Under the pieces are notes generated by a model. It saw only the letters and a program-made list of their open reading frames with translations, did not search any database and was not told where the DNA came from. Position numbers and translations under genes: made by a program. A stretch of DNA of 64,000 nucleotides from Eledone cirrhosa (lineage: Eukaryota), in contig OZ024742.1 in assembly GCA_964016885.1 (NCBI GenBank), forward strand, positions 265,050,001 to 265,114,000, given 5' to 3'. Numbering within the stretch: the first letter of the stretch is position 1; each line of letters opens with the position of its first letter. Positions 13,921-27,669 of this stretch are shown piece after piece.

Positions 13921-15148
13921 CAATGTTTGCACATATAATTAACCTCCTATTCAACTGAACAATAATATAGATACATATAAAGAACAGTTTCGTATTTACA
14001 GGGTTGAATGGATGTGACAGAATTGTACAATAATTGTACAAACATTCAAGTTCAAATTAAAATTAAAATTAAATTAAAATCAAAAGCACGGAGTGGAATA
14101 CATGCAACAGTTAAAACAAGGGAATAGTCCAATTATTAAAGAGGCATTGAGGAAGTAGTTTTGAGAAAGGAAGAGTGCATTAACAATTCATATGCAGGCG
14201 TGTGGATAGTCATATACATGAGAAGGAGACAAGCAAAGCTATTATGCATATATAGATGAATAAATACTGCACTTTATGCAAATATGTTAATGTATTAGAA
14301 TCTATGGTGGATGTTGAATGTTGATTGTGTTCGAATTTCCATGACATATGTTGAATTAAATTTTAGTTAATGTTTATATTGAATGTTTTAAGTTAGTTAG
14401 AGCAATGGATTGTAAATTAGTCTTAATGAATTCATATTCATAGACTATATTTGATCAACCGTTAAATTTTCAATCGTTAATTTCCGGAAGTGAATAAGGG
14501 GAGCTAATGCCTAAGGATAGGTAACTAGCTAATTAAGTTCAATTCAGTTATTAAAATTCTTTGTTCTAATACACAATATAATGTGATACCATTGGATCTC
14601 TGTTACATAACGTTGTATATTTATACCTGATTTTAAATACAGTGTATTCTACTATCATACATTAAAGGTCTCTTTAGATTGTTATCTATTCATTACTGGA
14701 CAAGGTATATGTTATGAAGGATTATACAGCTGTTAATATGTCATAATAGATATGCTATATGTGTAATAATATAATCCCTAATATACAATACTATTACATT
14801 TTAAATGTATATATACTTTATTATTATTATGTTGTGTAATTTAAGCATTTAATTATACAATTATAAATGCATATATAGTTTATTATCACATATTACATTA
14901 AATGTCTCTACATAACAAGTGCCAAATATCCATTACTGTATATGATATAATTAATCTATTGTAGTTATATCACAAGGTGGTAACTCTATGTCTAATTCTA
15001 ACTGTTATTGCAGAGCATAAGGTTATAGATGAATAGGAATTGTGTAGAGGAAAGAGTTGGTCGAGGGGTTTGTGGTTGTGGGTGCTGCTAAGTCCTAGAT
15101 GTGTAGTGTTAATGGTGGTAGGGAATTCAAATCTGACATTGTTGTATA

Positions 15149-17230
15149 CTAACAGCTAGGTTTAAAGTTATGGAACGACTGCCGGTACCGGTGTTGGCAC
15201 GAGGAAAATGTCTCTGACTTTCTATTAAGGAGGTCTAGTTTCGAAAAGATTATAGTATGGGTCTCCAGAAGGCAGAGATTACACAATTTATTCGGTGGTT
15301 TATACGATGAGGCCCTACCTACTACTTCCCATTGCAGTATCAATGGTCTATTCCTAGTTTTCAGAGAGTGTATGTAGCTAGATAAAGAAGTGGAGGTGCG
15401 AGTTGTATCTCGTCTTGAAGTTGTTCGAAGTAGAACCTATATATGTTTTAGAAGAGTTGTTTGCGTTGACGGTGCATGAATAGATGATGTCTTTGGTTAA
15501 GCAATTATTACCTAAGGGGTAAGTTCTATTAGTTCTACAGTTACATTTATTCTGGGTGTTAGCTTGCCGGTTCCTATGTTGTGAAGAATTCTGGTTGCTA
15601 GGGATAGCACTAGGGTAATGATGTCTATCATTCGTATTGTTATTGATTTCATTAGTGCTATTATCATTAATACTATTATTACTACTATTGTTTACAGGTA
15701 CTAAGTTTACCTCCTGTTGTGTTTTAATTAGTTGGAAATAGTTATTAATCTTCCTTTTATTACTACTAGCTATATGGTATGCTATGTTAGGTGTGGTGGA
15801 GTACGATATTTTAATTGTATTTTTATTGATAAGGCTATGGTACTTGTGACCGGTCGGGAAGTTTTTTTCTAAGATTGAGAAGAAAGCTTTAGGCAAGTTG
15901 GTAGAGACGTTTAGATTGAAAGGGAGATTGAAGAATATATTAGTTCTCCTTCTATTTTTGCTTATAGTATTGTTTTTTGAGGTATTTATATCCCTGTTTA
16001 TATTATTATCGTGGTGTTTACTTTGGTGCGAGTTAAGTTTGGTATTAATCTTCGTCTTAGAGTTATAGTGGCTAGTGTTTTTACTATTTTTCCTCATGGC
16101 TATATTATGAGAAATAATGTTGTAACTATGTGATTTTATAGGTAGGAATTCAATCTCATTCTTATGTCCTGGCTTAGCTAAGGCCTCATAATAGTATTGT
16201 GAATTATTGTTAAATATAGTTTCATTATATGATGGATTAGAGATTCTATTAGATATTCCTTTGGTAATAGAGTTTAATATGGATTTAGGGTGGTTAGAGT
16301 TGGTGTTCACATAAATTAGTTTTTCGTTAGGTTTATGATAGGGTGTGTATATTCTAGAGTCTAGGCTAAGGGTAGCATCAAGGAAGTTGACGTTTTTAGT
16401 GTTTTTATCTAAGGTGATACTTAAGTTGTAGTTTTTGAAAGTTTTGTGTAACTGTTTCCTAGTTTTTTCTATATTATTTTTTTATAGTCTATAAGAAGAA
16501 GCGCATCATCGCGGTATAAACCACCGTTGAGGTAGGGTAGGTTCTTATGGATTTCATTAAGTAGGTATAGGCCCACCAAATCGGTGACCTGCGCTGAGTC
16601 ACTAGATCCTATGGTTATGTCGAAGTTGTTATGCGTGTCCTTGCGGGTCATAATTGTTCTTCAAATGTAATTATGGTTTTTCGGGCCGCAAGTATGACAT
16701 CAATTTGGGATCTAGTCAGGTCACTATTGTTCATGCCATAATTAGAGCCTTATTTAATAAGATACGGGAAATAGAGGTGTAGTATGAATTGATATCAAAT
16801 TGTATAAATATTTTATTTTTACACTCTTTAATACCCTTGAACCATTCAATAACCTCACCCGTATTTCCCCATTGGTATATTTTGTGCTTAAATTGCGGGA
16901 TGATTTTATCTAATATTTTCTTGCTGATAATACAAATCTCAGACTTGGAAGGGCAAATCAGTCTAATTGAAGGGTTACTAATGAAGTCTTCTTTATGGTC
17001 CTTCAGAGAGAATCTTGGGGGATTAGGGGTGTATGACTGTGTATGTCTCTGAAGTCCTAATTTACTCACTATATATGGCCTTCAATATTTATATCATCTA
17101 TATTTTTAGTAGTAGATTTCTTGTAGCTCCTATGCAGTTCCTCATATATAAATTTTCTATAAGTATCGTAATCTAAGCTATATATATTATTAGTTTTATC
17201 TGCATCTACTATGATTTTTTAAAATTATTT
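15149..17230 (-). pseudogene. Disrupted PLE reverse transcriptase / GIY-YIG endonuclease ORF
   Basis: ORF pieces 16731-17069, 16469-16651, 15378-16310 and 15149-15343 lie in domain order, separated by frameshifts. Confidence 0.88.
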
Positions 17231-17747
17231 TTTTATTTTTTTATTTTTATTAAACGCAGTTGCAGAATCCACACGCCTGCATATGAATTGTTAACGCACT
17301 CTTCCTTTCTCAAAACTACTTCCACAATGCCTCTTTAATAATTGGACTATTCCCTTGTTTTAACTGTTGCATGTATTCCACCCCCTGCTTTTGATTTTAT
17401 TTAATTTGAATTTGAATTTGAATTTGAATGTTTGTACAATTATTGTACAATTCTCTTAAAATATGTCATATCCATTCCACCCTGTAAATACGAAACTGTT
17501 GCCTACAACATCGATTTATATGTATCTATATTATTGTTCAGTTGAATAGGATATTAATTATATGTGCAAACATTGATAATGCTATATATATATATACGCA
17601 CACACATACGCATATATAAACACGTACGCACATATAAACACATACATATATGTACGTATATATATATACGTACATATATACCCATATACCTATATAGACA
17701 CATATATACATATACACATGTACACATAAACACATATACATACATAT

Positions 17748-17786
<39 letters not shown>

Positions 17787-18073
17787 TATATATACACGTG
17801 AACATATATATATGTAAAGATTTATACAAAAATACGATGTGGACATACACATATATATATATACAAATATTAGTGGACTCCCATGTACGTCAATACTCAT
17901 CATTTTCCATTTCTTTTAGGGTTCTGAACCCAACAATCAGGCTAAAAATTTCTTTAGTAAAAAATACGGCGAAAGCTATTTCTAATTTCAAACTTGTTCG
18001 CTGTTTCAAAACATATTTATTTGTTATCATACTTGCTAAGAATGTAGCTTCTAATTTAAATGGGAGGAACGGG

Positions 18074-18146
18074 TGAAGTATAGGTCTAATGGTAGCACAG
18101 TGGTCTGGATAACCAAAGATGTGGGTTCGACTCCCATGTACATCAG
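18074..18146 (+). other. tRNA-like sequence (pseudo-tRNA or SINE head) in a tandem unit of about 255 bp
   Basis: Acceptor tgaagta/tacatca (1 mismatch), anticodon-like arm tggt-ctggata-acca, T-arm gtggg-ttcgact-cccat. The downstream body 18129-18272 is duplicated at 17877-18025. Confidence 0.55.
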
Positions 18147-18271
18147 TACTCATCTTTTTCCATTTCTTAGAAAATTTAGCTGTCAGGCTAAAATTTGTTT
18201 AATCAAAAATACGGCGAAAGCTTATATATCTATTCTCAAACTCGCTCGCTGTTTCAAAACATACTTACTTG

Positions 18272-18357
<86 letters not shown>

Positions 18358-18928
18358 AACAACAAGTATGTATACTGGGTTTTTGCAACAATTTATTCGG
18401 AAATTCTCCATTACAAATGTTTCGACGGGTTTGACGACTATGCAGTGTGTTGGTTCCATAGTATCAATCCAACCAAAATTAAACAGAAAACATGAGTGCA
18501 AAAGCAACATCACAACTAGTAATTAAGGACAAAATGAAGACATACAGACACACACAAAAACAAAACAAAACTAACAAAACAAATCAGACACATACAGATA
18601 GAACAAACAACCAACTAGTGACAAGTAAATAAACACAAAAATAAATAAATAAAAGCAGACACACCCGGATGTAACGCATGTGCAAACTAAGGACGCAACA
18701 CACAACACACAAAAACAAGATGGTGTAGGGCAGAACAAAGGAGAGACAAAAAATAAAATCCCAGTCACTGAGGAGGTCACAGAATGTATGACGAAAGAGT
18801 TTTGACAATATATAAACATGTGTTTTTATTGGGAGCATGACCCTGCCAAGTATAACAATATCTGTTTCAACACATGTTTTCAAATAAGAAATCTTGCAAA
18901 ACAAATTCAAAACGAAATTTATATATAT

Positions 18929-19133
18929 ACTAGCAGAATGGCCCGGCGTTGCTCGGGATTCTAAACATAGATTGACATATTTATCCCTCCTTTCTGAAAC
19001 AGTTTCGTCGTATGTTCACCAATTGATGCAGAAGTCCTAATAAAAAGTGAAGTCGCCTTGGGTGAATAGGCAAATCATTTTCCATTAAGATTTTTCAAAA
19101 CCCTGTAATTGCGTTCCCTCTCTATTTTGTTGT

Positions 19134-19135
<2 letters not shown>
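18929..19135 (-). mobile_element. Non-autonomous Helitron-like element, 3' terminus
   Basis: Minus strand has a GC hairpin cccgagc-aac-gccggg, 8 nt, then CTAG followed by T. A related terminus lies at 48492-48522. The 5' boundary is uncertain. Confidence 0.6.
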
Positions 19136-19178
<43 letters not shown>

Positions 19179-19244
19179 CATATGCATAAATATATATATG
19201 TATGTATATATATATATGTATATATATATATGTACATGTGCATG

Positions 19245-19356
<112 letters not shown>

Positions 19357-19424
19357 CACACATGCACACACACAGGCACACACACACACACAAATACACA
19401 TGCACACACACACATATATGTATG

Positions 19425-19775
19425 CTTAGAGGGTGCAGAAGCAAAGGAGAAAATGTCGCCGGAGATGTGGGGAGATGGGTTGGTATGTGAGAGGAAAAGG
19501 AAGGCGGGTGTTGTGAGGGAGATGGTGGGGTGAGAGGGCTGTGATACCATCAGTTTCACGGGTGCGGATCAGGGAGGGGGATATCCACACTGGATGAAGC
19601 GGGAGGCCATGTGAAGGCAGTGTGTCTCGAAATCGTGGTCCTGGCTACAGCGCCTTGAAAACGGTAGAATTAGGAGTAGGGTACGGAAAGTTTGGTGTGG
19701 GTTGGATGGAAGGAGGTTTAAGTCAGGTAAGAGACTTTTATAGAATATGGAAGCATAGAAGGTGTGATGAGTGTG
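19425..19775 (-). mobile_element. Degraded Neptune-like PLE RT/thumb fragment
   Basis: Translation PFSRRCSQDHDFETHCLHMASRFIQCGYP resembles the PLE thumb PFSQFLRLRRxCS...F..RGYP; a PFPLTY-like stretch follows downstream. Confidence 0.6.
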
Positions 19776-20090
19776 ATGAGTGTGATTGATAGAGAGAGAA
19801 ATATGAGGTCGTGAAGGTGAGAGCGGGAAGAATAGATTACACGAAACATATACGCATGTGCACACATACAGCTCTATGTACGAAACGGTTACTTTTTCTA
19901 TTTCAGATAGACGCACTCCATCATTAACTTTTCGAAAAAAGTATATCATGCACAATGCGCCAGTACCAACAGTTTTCCAAGAGATGGCAATATGAATGGA
20001 CCTGTTATTTTTCTCTAAAATATTTTTTGTTCCGTTTCTGCCCTGCCCGTCTCTTCAACGTTTCTATTTCTTCTTTGTTTTCTAATTCTT

Positions 20091-20127
20091 TCTTTTGATG
20101 AAGAACTAGCGTCCGAAACGTTAAGAC
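20091..20127 (+). ncRNA. Degenerate minimal hammerhead
   Basis: tctt ttgatga agaac tagc gtcc gaaacgtt aagac; C3>U core, palindromic aacgtt, stem II mismatch. Confidence 0.45.
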
Positions 20128-20215
20128 AATTTTCCTCCTACTTCAAGCGTTAAACTAATATATTCCTTCTAGGTACTGGGCCGTATGCTTTGCTATTTTT
20201 ATTATTTCTATTTAC

Positions 20216-20299
<84 letters not shown>

Positions 20300-20689
20300 T
20301 ATATATATATATATATATATTCAAAGCACAGGATAAAGACAATGGGAAAAAACCAACGGAAAGACGGAAAGTCCCATCTCCTCAGTCAACTTTTGGAAAC
20401 CACTACGGTTTCGGCTGTTTAAGGTTCTTTCCAGTGAACATTGGGATATAACAAAACAGGTAGAAATAAGTTATGCCTTCGGGCAAAGTGCACAAATATA
20501 GAGTGCGCAAAGAGGGAAAACAATATAGGAAGGAGAGAAATAGTAAAACAGAAGAGAACAAGAACTGTAGTCCAAAGAAGAAGGATACTGAAGAGTAGAA
20601 ATGGTAAGAAGGGAGAACAGGGAAAAACAGGCCCGGTGGTGATATTTATTATATGATAGTTTCAAAAGGACCCGCATGACTATGGTGTG

Positions 20690-20997
20690 TGTGTGGCACT
20701 CCGTCTGTTACGACAACGAGTGTTCCAGTTGATCCGATCAACGGAACTGACTGCTCGTGAAATTAACGTGAACATTCCACTGATACACATGCCCTTAACG
20801 TAGTTCTCAGTGAAAATCAGTGTGACACAAACTGTGACTAGGCTGGCCTTTCGAATTACAGGCCCAACTCATTTTTGCCAGCTGAGTGGACTGGAACAAC
20901 ACAAAATAAAGTGTCTTGCTCAAGAACACAACACACTGCCGAGAATCGAACTTATGACTTTACAATTGTGAGCAGAATACACTAACCACAAAGTCAT
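20690..20997 (-). mobile_element. tRNA-derived SINE family B (CORE/Meta-like central segment)
   Basis: Minus strand has gtggttagtgt..gttcgattc (A/B boxes), then gttgtgttcttgagcaagacacttta. Homologous to 29500-29765 and 43600-43815. Confidence 0.75.
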
Positions 20998-21416
20998 ATA
21001 TATATATGTGTGTATATATATATCACCTTGATCACCTTGACCGACCAGTCATGTCCGAGACATGCGCCATATCCACCGTAGAATAAGCTCAAAGATTCCA
21101 ATGAATAGATCCGAGCATTTTATATCAACTAGAAATTGATTGACATATATATATATATTTAAAATAAACACATGAAATAATCACAGGGGAGAATTTGTAA
21201 AGTGTGTAACCAAACACAGCTAGGTAGGTAACTAATTAAAGTTTAACTAGAACTTCAAATATTACCTTTTAAAAATGATTAATCTTCCTTGTATATATTT
21301 CATTAACGAAATATATTTCACCATTAATCCGTAAAGTCACAGTAGTCAAATTTCGGATTTTCAGCAAGGGAGAAGATTTAGCTATCTGTGTTTACACATC
21401 AAATGCGAAAAGACCC

Positions 21417-21472
<56 letters not shown>

Positions 21473-21541
21473 GGTGTGGTAAGATACCAGGTGGGCCATA
21501 ACGCACCAGAGTACTCAATACTTAGGGTAGTAGAGTGGGTA

Positions 21542-21651
21542 ATAGGAAAAGAGTCAGGACCCCGACGGCTGAGCTCCGGCTGTTTCGACAACTAGATTGG
21601 ATCTAACTGTGGAAGCGGCCGGAGCTCAACCGTCGGGGTCCTGACTATTTT

Positions 21652-21656
<5 letters not shown>
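21542..21656. repeat. GC-rich hairpin of 115 bp
   Basis: ataggaaaa..agtcaggaccccgacgg..tagat-tgg-atcta..ccgtcggggtcctgact..ttttcctat; arms of about 56 nt. Confidence 0.85.
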
Positions 21657-21700
<44 letters not shown>

Positions 21701-21822
21701 ACTATATATATATATATAGTAATAATAATAAATTTGAAGACTAAAATCCAATGTTAGTTTCAGAAGATCCCGTTAAGGGTGAAAGCAGCGATTCTTTGCT
21801 TAAACTTTAATCTGTTATTTTA

Positions 21823-21899
<77 letters not shown>

Positions 21900-21941
21900 C
21901 GATATTAATAAATGGAAACTATATTTATAAAACCATATTTA

Positions 21942-22002
21942 TTTCATTATACATATTTCAGGGATACCAAATTAAATTATGGTATGCCTTCATCAGACAA
22001 AA
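21942..22002 (-). ncRNA. Minimal type-I hammerhead ribozyme
   Basis: Minus strand: UUUUGU CUGAUGA AGGCAUACC..GGUAUCCCU GAAA UAUGUA UA AUGAAA; stem I has G-U pairs, AUA triplet. Confidence 0.65.
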
Positions 22003-22633
22003 TACAATATATAACAGTTTTACAAATACTTGTCGAGTGCTTTATATCAGTTATAAAAATATTTACTTGTTGTATCCCAACAATTTTAAATAGAACTTTT
22101 GCATATATATTTATATATATATTTCTTGGTCGATAAAATAAAATGACAGTCAAGAAGTGGGGTGAAAACTTCCTTTCCTCTAAATTGGTGGTCTTGTGCG
22201 CAATATCATTATTAGTGTTCATAATATTAGTGCTTGTTTTGTTAGCGGTGTGAGTGTTGATGTTGGTGGTGATGTTGTGGTTGTGACGTTGGTAGTGGTA
22301 TGGAGATGTTCGGGGTGATCAGAGTGGTGTACTTTTCGTTAGGATGCTTTTCGTGCTAAATGGAAGTCCTAAATGCCTGCCTTTATGAGAAACCAGCATC
22401 ATGTATGTAAATATATACAGCATGACCAATGCTAGTCAGAATCCTCCAGGTGGTATACATAAGAGCTCTAACGTCTTTATATATATATATACACATACAT
22501 ATATATATATACACATATATATATATATATATGTATGTGTATATATATATGTGTGTGTGTGTATGTGTTTGTGTGTGTGTGTGCGTGAGGGTGCATTTGT
22601 GTGTGTGCACGAAGATAGAGAGGGGCGATAGTC

Positions 22634-22727
<94 letters not shown>

Positions 22728-22984
22728 TAGAGAGAGCGAGAGAGAGAGAGAGCGAGCGAGAGAGAGAGAGAGAGAGATTGATAACGCACATACACGCACA
22801 CTTATAATAGTTATACACTTTTGTGTTGGAATTGATAAAAAAACACGGTGATAGTTAATATCCCTTTATAGTTAATGCCCCATATATATCTAAAGAATGT
22901 ATGTATATTTATATATATATACGTATGTATGTATGTATGTATGTATTTATGTATGTATGTATGTTTGTATGTATATATGGATGG

Positions 22985-23055
<71 letters not shown>

Positions 23056-23139
23056 TGCGTTTATAGTGGCAATGACTAATTCTTTTGCTTTGTTAGATGG
23101 AAACAAAAAATAGTTTGGCACGCATGTTATCTCTGCAAG

Positions 23140-23224
<85 letters not shown>

Positions 23225-23257
23225 GACACACATACACACACACATATATATATATAC

Positions 23258-23309
<52 letters not shown>

Positions 23310-23789
23310 GAGGGGTGAGAGGAAGAGAAAGAGAGAGAGAGGGAATGAGAGGGAGAGAAAGAGAGAGAGTTGTGTGTATGTGTGGACCCTTATTATTTAA
23401 GCAGAACTATTAAAAGTTTTATCTGACATAGGAATGTACGTATTGGGGTATCTTGTCTTTTAATGGATGGAACCACAGGTATTCTAGAAAAATGAAGGGT
23501 GAAATGTTGATATTTATTTCTTCATTGGTGTAAATTTATATGCATGGGCGGTGGATTGGCAGAAAGGTTACAGTATTAGTCCAAATGCTTTAATATGTTA
23601 ATCTTTTCCCCTTTCTTACTCTATCTACTTCATAGCTCATGATCAACTTCCTCGATATTTATATGTATTCTTCTTCCTTTTTTCTTCTTACTATCTCAAT
23701 TTCCTTCCTGCATCAATCATGACTGTTTTTTGTAATATGTGGTATATAAACAGATATATGTACGTTTTTTATGTGTGTTGTTCTATGGA

Positions 23790-23960
23790 GCTTGTATGTG
23801 CTTGGCCGAATGATTAAGATGTTCGCTTTGTAAACATTATATCCGGATCTCGATCCCACCGTGTGGCATGTTGGGCGTCATTTGCCATAGAACCGGGCTG
23901 ACTTATGCTTTGTGAGGGAAATTAAGTAGACAGAAAATGTTTGGAAGCTCGTCGAATGGA
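23790..23960 (+). mobile_element. Degraded tRNA-derived SINE
   Basis: tggccgaatgattaaga..ctcgatccc head and a body ending gaagctcgtcg. Confidence 0.5.
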
Positions 23961-24289
23961 CTGTGCCTTTCCACTTTTGTCACAGACTGTTACATTGTGT
24001 CTTTTTAAAAATTATATTATGGTTGTCAATGGAATATTGAGTCATTTGCACGTTAATTTCGCGTGCAAGATGTTCTGTTTTTCGAATAACTGGAATACTC
24101 ATCATGTTTACCGACGGAGGTCCAGAAAACTCATTTAACTTATATGTGTTTATGTTCCCGTGCAGACCAGAGCAATTGTGCGTCAGGTAGACCATTTGGC
24201 ACAGGCCTACGATTTTGAATATGTGTAGTGAGGTGTGTGTGTGTGTGTGTGTGGGGGGGGGGGGGGCTACTCGCCTTGAGTTCTTTAAA

Positions 24290-24745
24290 TGATCCAGCTA
24301 GATGTCCGAGCGAGATCAACCGAGCATATGGAAGCGGCTGTCTCCAACGACTCCTTAATCTCAGAGCCACGCACCATATCGAGTAACGTTACACCAAAGA
24401 AATTATTTTTCCCGCTTGCATTCGTGACCGTATTCTTTCGGGCATTACTCAAGATTCATGATTATAAGTAAAGGTAGTCACGAAAGACGAAATTGAAGGT
24501 AGCGAGTTTGTCTTTCTTCCGTTGACTGAGTGATGCAGCAGCTCCTGCAATTCTTGCATTTAATTAAGCCTCTTAGTTTCCATCAGTTGTGAAAACGACA
24601 CCGAGATCTTGAATCCCATCCAACTGCTTCAGTGTAACTCCACACATATGGAAAGTACACTGAGCTGGCTTTATTGAGAGGCCGAACGTTTCAGTCTTCG
24701 CAGAACTGATTTTCCTTCCTACCGTGCAGCACTCGGTAGCAAATC
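24290..24745 (-). mobile_element. Highly degraded RTE-like LINE fragment
   Basis: Manual minus-strand translation gives QDLGVVFTTDG..NARIAGAA, similar to RTE-clade KYLGVVFTSDG..ARIGKA; many stops. Confidence 0.5.
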
Positions 24746-24807
24746 TATTTAGTGCATGTATCTTATTTTGTCACATATAAATATATTATGTACACTACAT
24801 ATACATG

Positions 24808-25012
24808 TACGAGGGGTGCTGAAAGTTCCTGGCGTTGGGTAAAAGAAAATACAGGAAGAGCAGTTAATTATGATTTTATTCATCATCTTCCCTCTCTTAT
24901 TGCAGTGGTCTTTCACCTTTTCTAAGCCATTTAAGAACTCAGACGGTTGGGCCTCCAGCCATGCCTTTGTAGCGGTGATCAAGCCAGGAACTTTTCAGTT
25001 CCCACCTCTATA
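24808..25012 (-). mobile_element. Mariner-derived MITE (internal deletion derivative)
   Basis: TA-flanked TIRs cgaggggtgctgaaagttcctggc / gccaggaacttttcagttcccacctc. The interior matches the 3' end of the mariner at 35980-36167 (AWLEAQPSEF..GLEK). Confidence 0.8.
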
Positions 25013-25752
25013 TACCCATAACCCACATATAAATCACATGTATTTAGCAATGATTACTAAACTACTAATGAGATGTTTGAAATGGAGTCTAGATTTTACA
25101 TTTGGCTTGCTTTACACGGTTATGTGTATGTGAGTATGTATACATACATATGTTTACATTTTTGCACTACTGTGTAAGCATAAACAGGGGTACAACATAC
25201 AAAAGTTCGCGCACGCGCTTACATGTGTACGTTTTTCATGTGTATATATGCATGCTTTTATATATTATAATGTTTTACATATCTTGAATGTTTCAGGTAT
25301 CGCGGTTATTTGTACCTGATGAATTAAGGAGTTACCTTCATTTTCCACATATCCAAGTTAAATCATATGTTGGTCATACCGTAGGTACTATAATAGGTAT
25401 GAACCTGAGGGTGGACCATGGTTACTGGATATGCAAACTCCTCCTCATTTGTTCTTAGATAACCTCCTTCTCTTGCATGTCCTTAATGAAATGACACATT
25501 TATGTTTGCATGCATGTATGTATGTATGTATGTATGTATGTATGTATGTATGTATGTATGTATGTATGTATGTATGTATTTATTGTGCCAGGTTGTTCTT
25601 CAGTGCTACTGGAAACATGAAACCCATTACAACCTGTTGCATGGGCGGATCGTCGGTGGCTAAAACAGTAATATCATCAAACCTGGTTGGTGGGGAAGTA
25701 CTTTTGGACATCTGGCGTGATGAAAAATAAAATCTGTCAAAGCGTGGAGGAA

Positions 25753-25842
<90 letters not shown>

Positions 25843-25974
25843 CTTTATTATGGCTAAAATCAGACTAATCTGATGAGCTGGTTAGTGCTCAGGCGAAACC
25901 CCAGATTAACACGATTCACCGCTTAGTCATAATAAAGAAGATTCAAGCTCTATTTCATTCGTCAATATCATACG

Positions 25975-26292
25975 TATACAATAAAGTTTCGTTTACACGT
26001 AGTTGGTTTTTTATTGTGGTAGTTGTTTTTTAAATTTTTATTGTGTATCAGTTTGCAAAGGTCACTGATAGAAGCCATGGACGCGACTCCATTATCGGTT
26101 TTCTCTTGAGACTGGTGATTCAACAAACACTCCATTTTTTGTTGAATCACCAGTCTGAAGACCAGATCGATAATGGAGTTTGGTCCGGAACTTATATGGG
26201 TGAGCTTGAGCCAATCCTTTCCGAAACGCGCGTAACAGGTCAATGCACAATAATAAGCTAACTATATGTAAACGAAACTTGATTGTTTTTTA
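25975..26292. repeat. Nested fold-back (outer arms about 25975-26020 and 26245-26292; inner hairpin 26086-26179)
   Basis: Outer caataaagtttcgtttacac / tgtaaacgaaacttgattg; inner actccattatcg..agactggtgattcaacaaa / tttgttgaatcaccagtct..cgataatggagt. Confidence 0.75.
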
Positions 26293-26529
26293 TATACATT
26301 CTGTGTGTGCATCGAGTGTTTATTTTGGTACTACCACCAGTAATTCACTGATTCATATACACTATATATGGGACATGATGCACACTTTGCATATTTTGGA
26401 CAGTAATAGGACACCTTATCTACATATGTGACTATCGTTAGATATTCACATAAGTGGGAGACAATAAACTCCAAGCTCATTGGATATTTTTGCCTGTCAT
26501 CCATTTAACTATGTAAATGAGAGAGAGCG

Positions 26530-26697
<168 letters not shown>

Positions 26698-26897
26698 ATT
26701 AATGGAGAGTAGAAAACAAATGTAGTTTCGAATTTCAGAAAACTTCCTTTCATTCTGTGAATCTCACCGTTGAGCATATATCTAAACCAAGAAGCAATTC
26801 ATAATTATATGCCAACATGGACAACATACCATACACAATGGGACAATAGGCAGCCACCTGACCTATATATATGTATATATATATGTATATATATATG

Positions 26898-27018
<121 letters not shown>

Positions 27019-27087
27019 AGGAATGTATATGTGTAAATGTATATGTGCCTATGTATGTACATATATATGCATATATATGAATGAATG

Positions 27088-27126
<39 letters not shown>

Positions 27127-27354
27127 ATATCAATGACCACATGTACACATATATGTATAGCAATAGATTACTATTGTTCCATTGTGTATGCTCTACACAC
27201 GCACATGCATAAACATAAGCCTAATATTGTGTAATATATACATATTGATAATATTTAACTAGAATATATAAATGCATAAGTACATTATAAATATAATTAA
27301 CTGCATTCCTACTTACTTACCTATCTCTCTATCTCTCTATCTATCTGCCAGTTC

Positions 27355-27400
<46 letters not shown>

Positions 27401-27433
27401 ACTGATTTAGCTTCGTTATTCTTTTTACATCGT

Positions 27434-27509
<76 letters not shown>

Positions 27510-27669
27510 ACATAAACAGAGAAAGCCTTAAGCGATACTCCATCTCACTCAACAAACATTAGGATATACCTAAGTATTTTCCCAATTTAGTGTTTGGGGT
27601 GCTAACTAATCAGTATTTCGTGGATAGCTGATTGTATTATTTTATGAGACATTATTAAATAAATATCTC

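Larger units (their letters stand above)
13740..17582 (-). mobile_element. Penelope-like element (Naiad-like, YRDD RT plus C-terminal GIY-YIG), 5'-truncated, with inverted pLTR
   Basis: RT motifs SLKDHK, RLICPSKSEI, FIQFDINSYY, GSSDSAQVTDLVG and GLYRDD. EN motifs CNCR..CL..IIY..YIGST..FKTRY and CNLCLLE..LLNRKSE. 13916-14207 is inverted at 17266-17580. Confidence 0.9.

Noticed and set aside
18764-18806. gtca ctgagga ggtca..tgac gaaa gagttt tgac as a hammerhead
   Set aside because: Stem III cannot form properly; kept only as a possible remnant.
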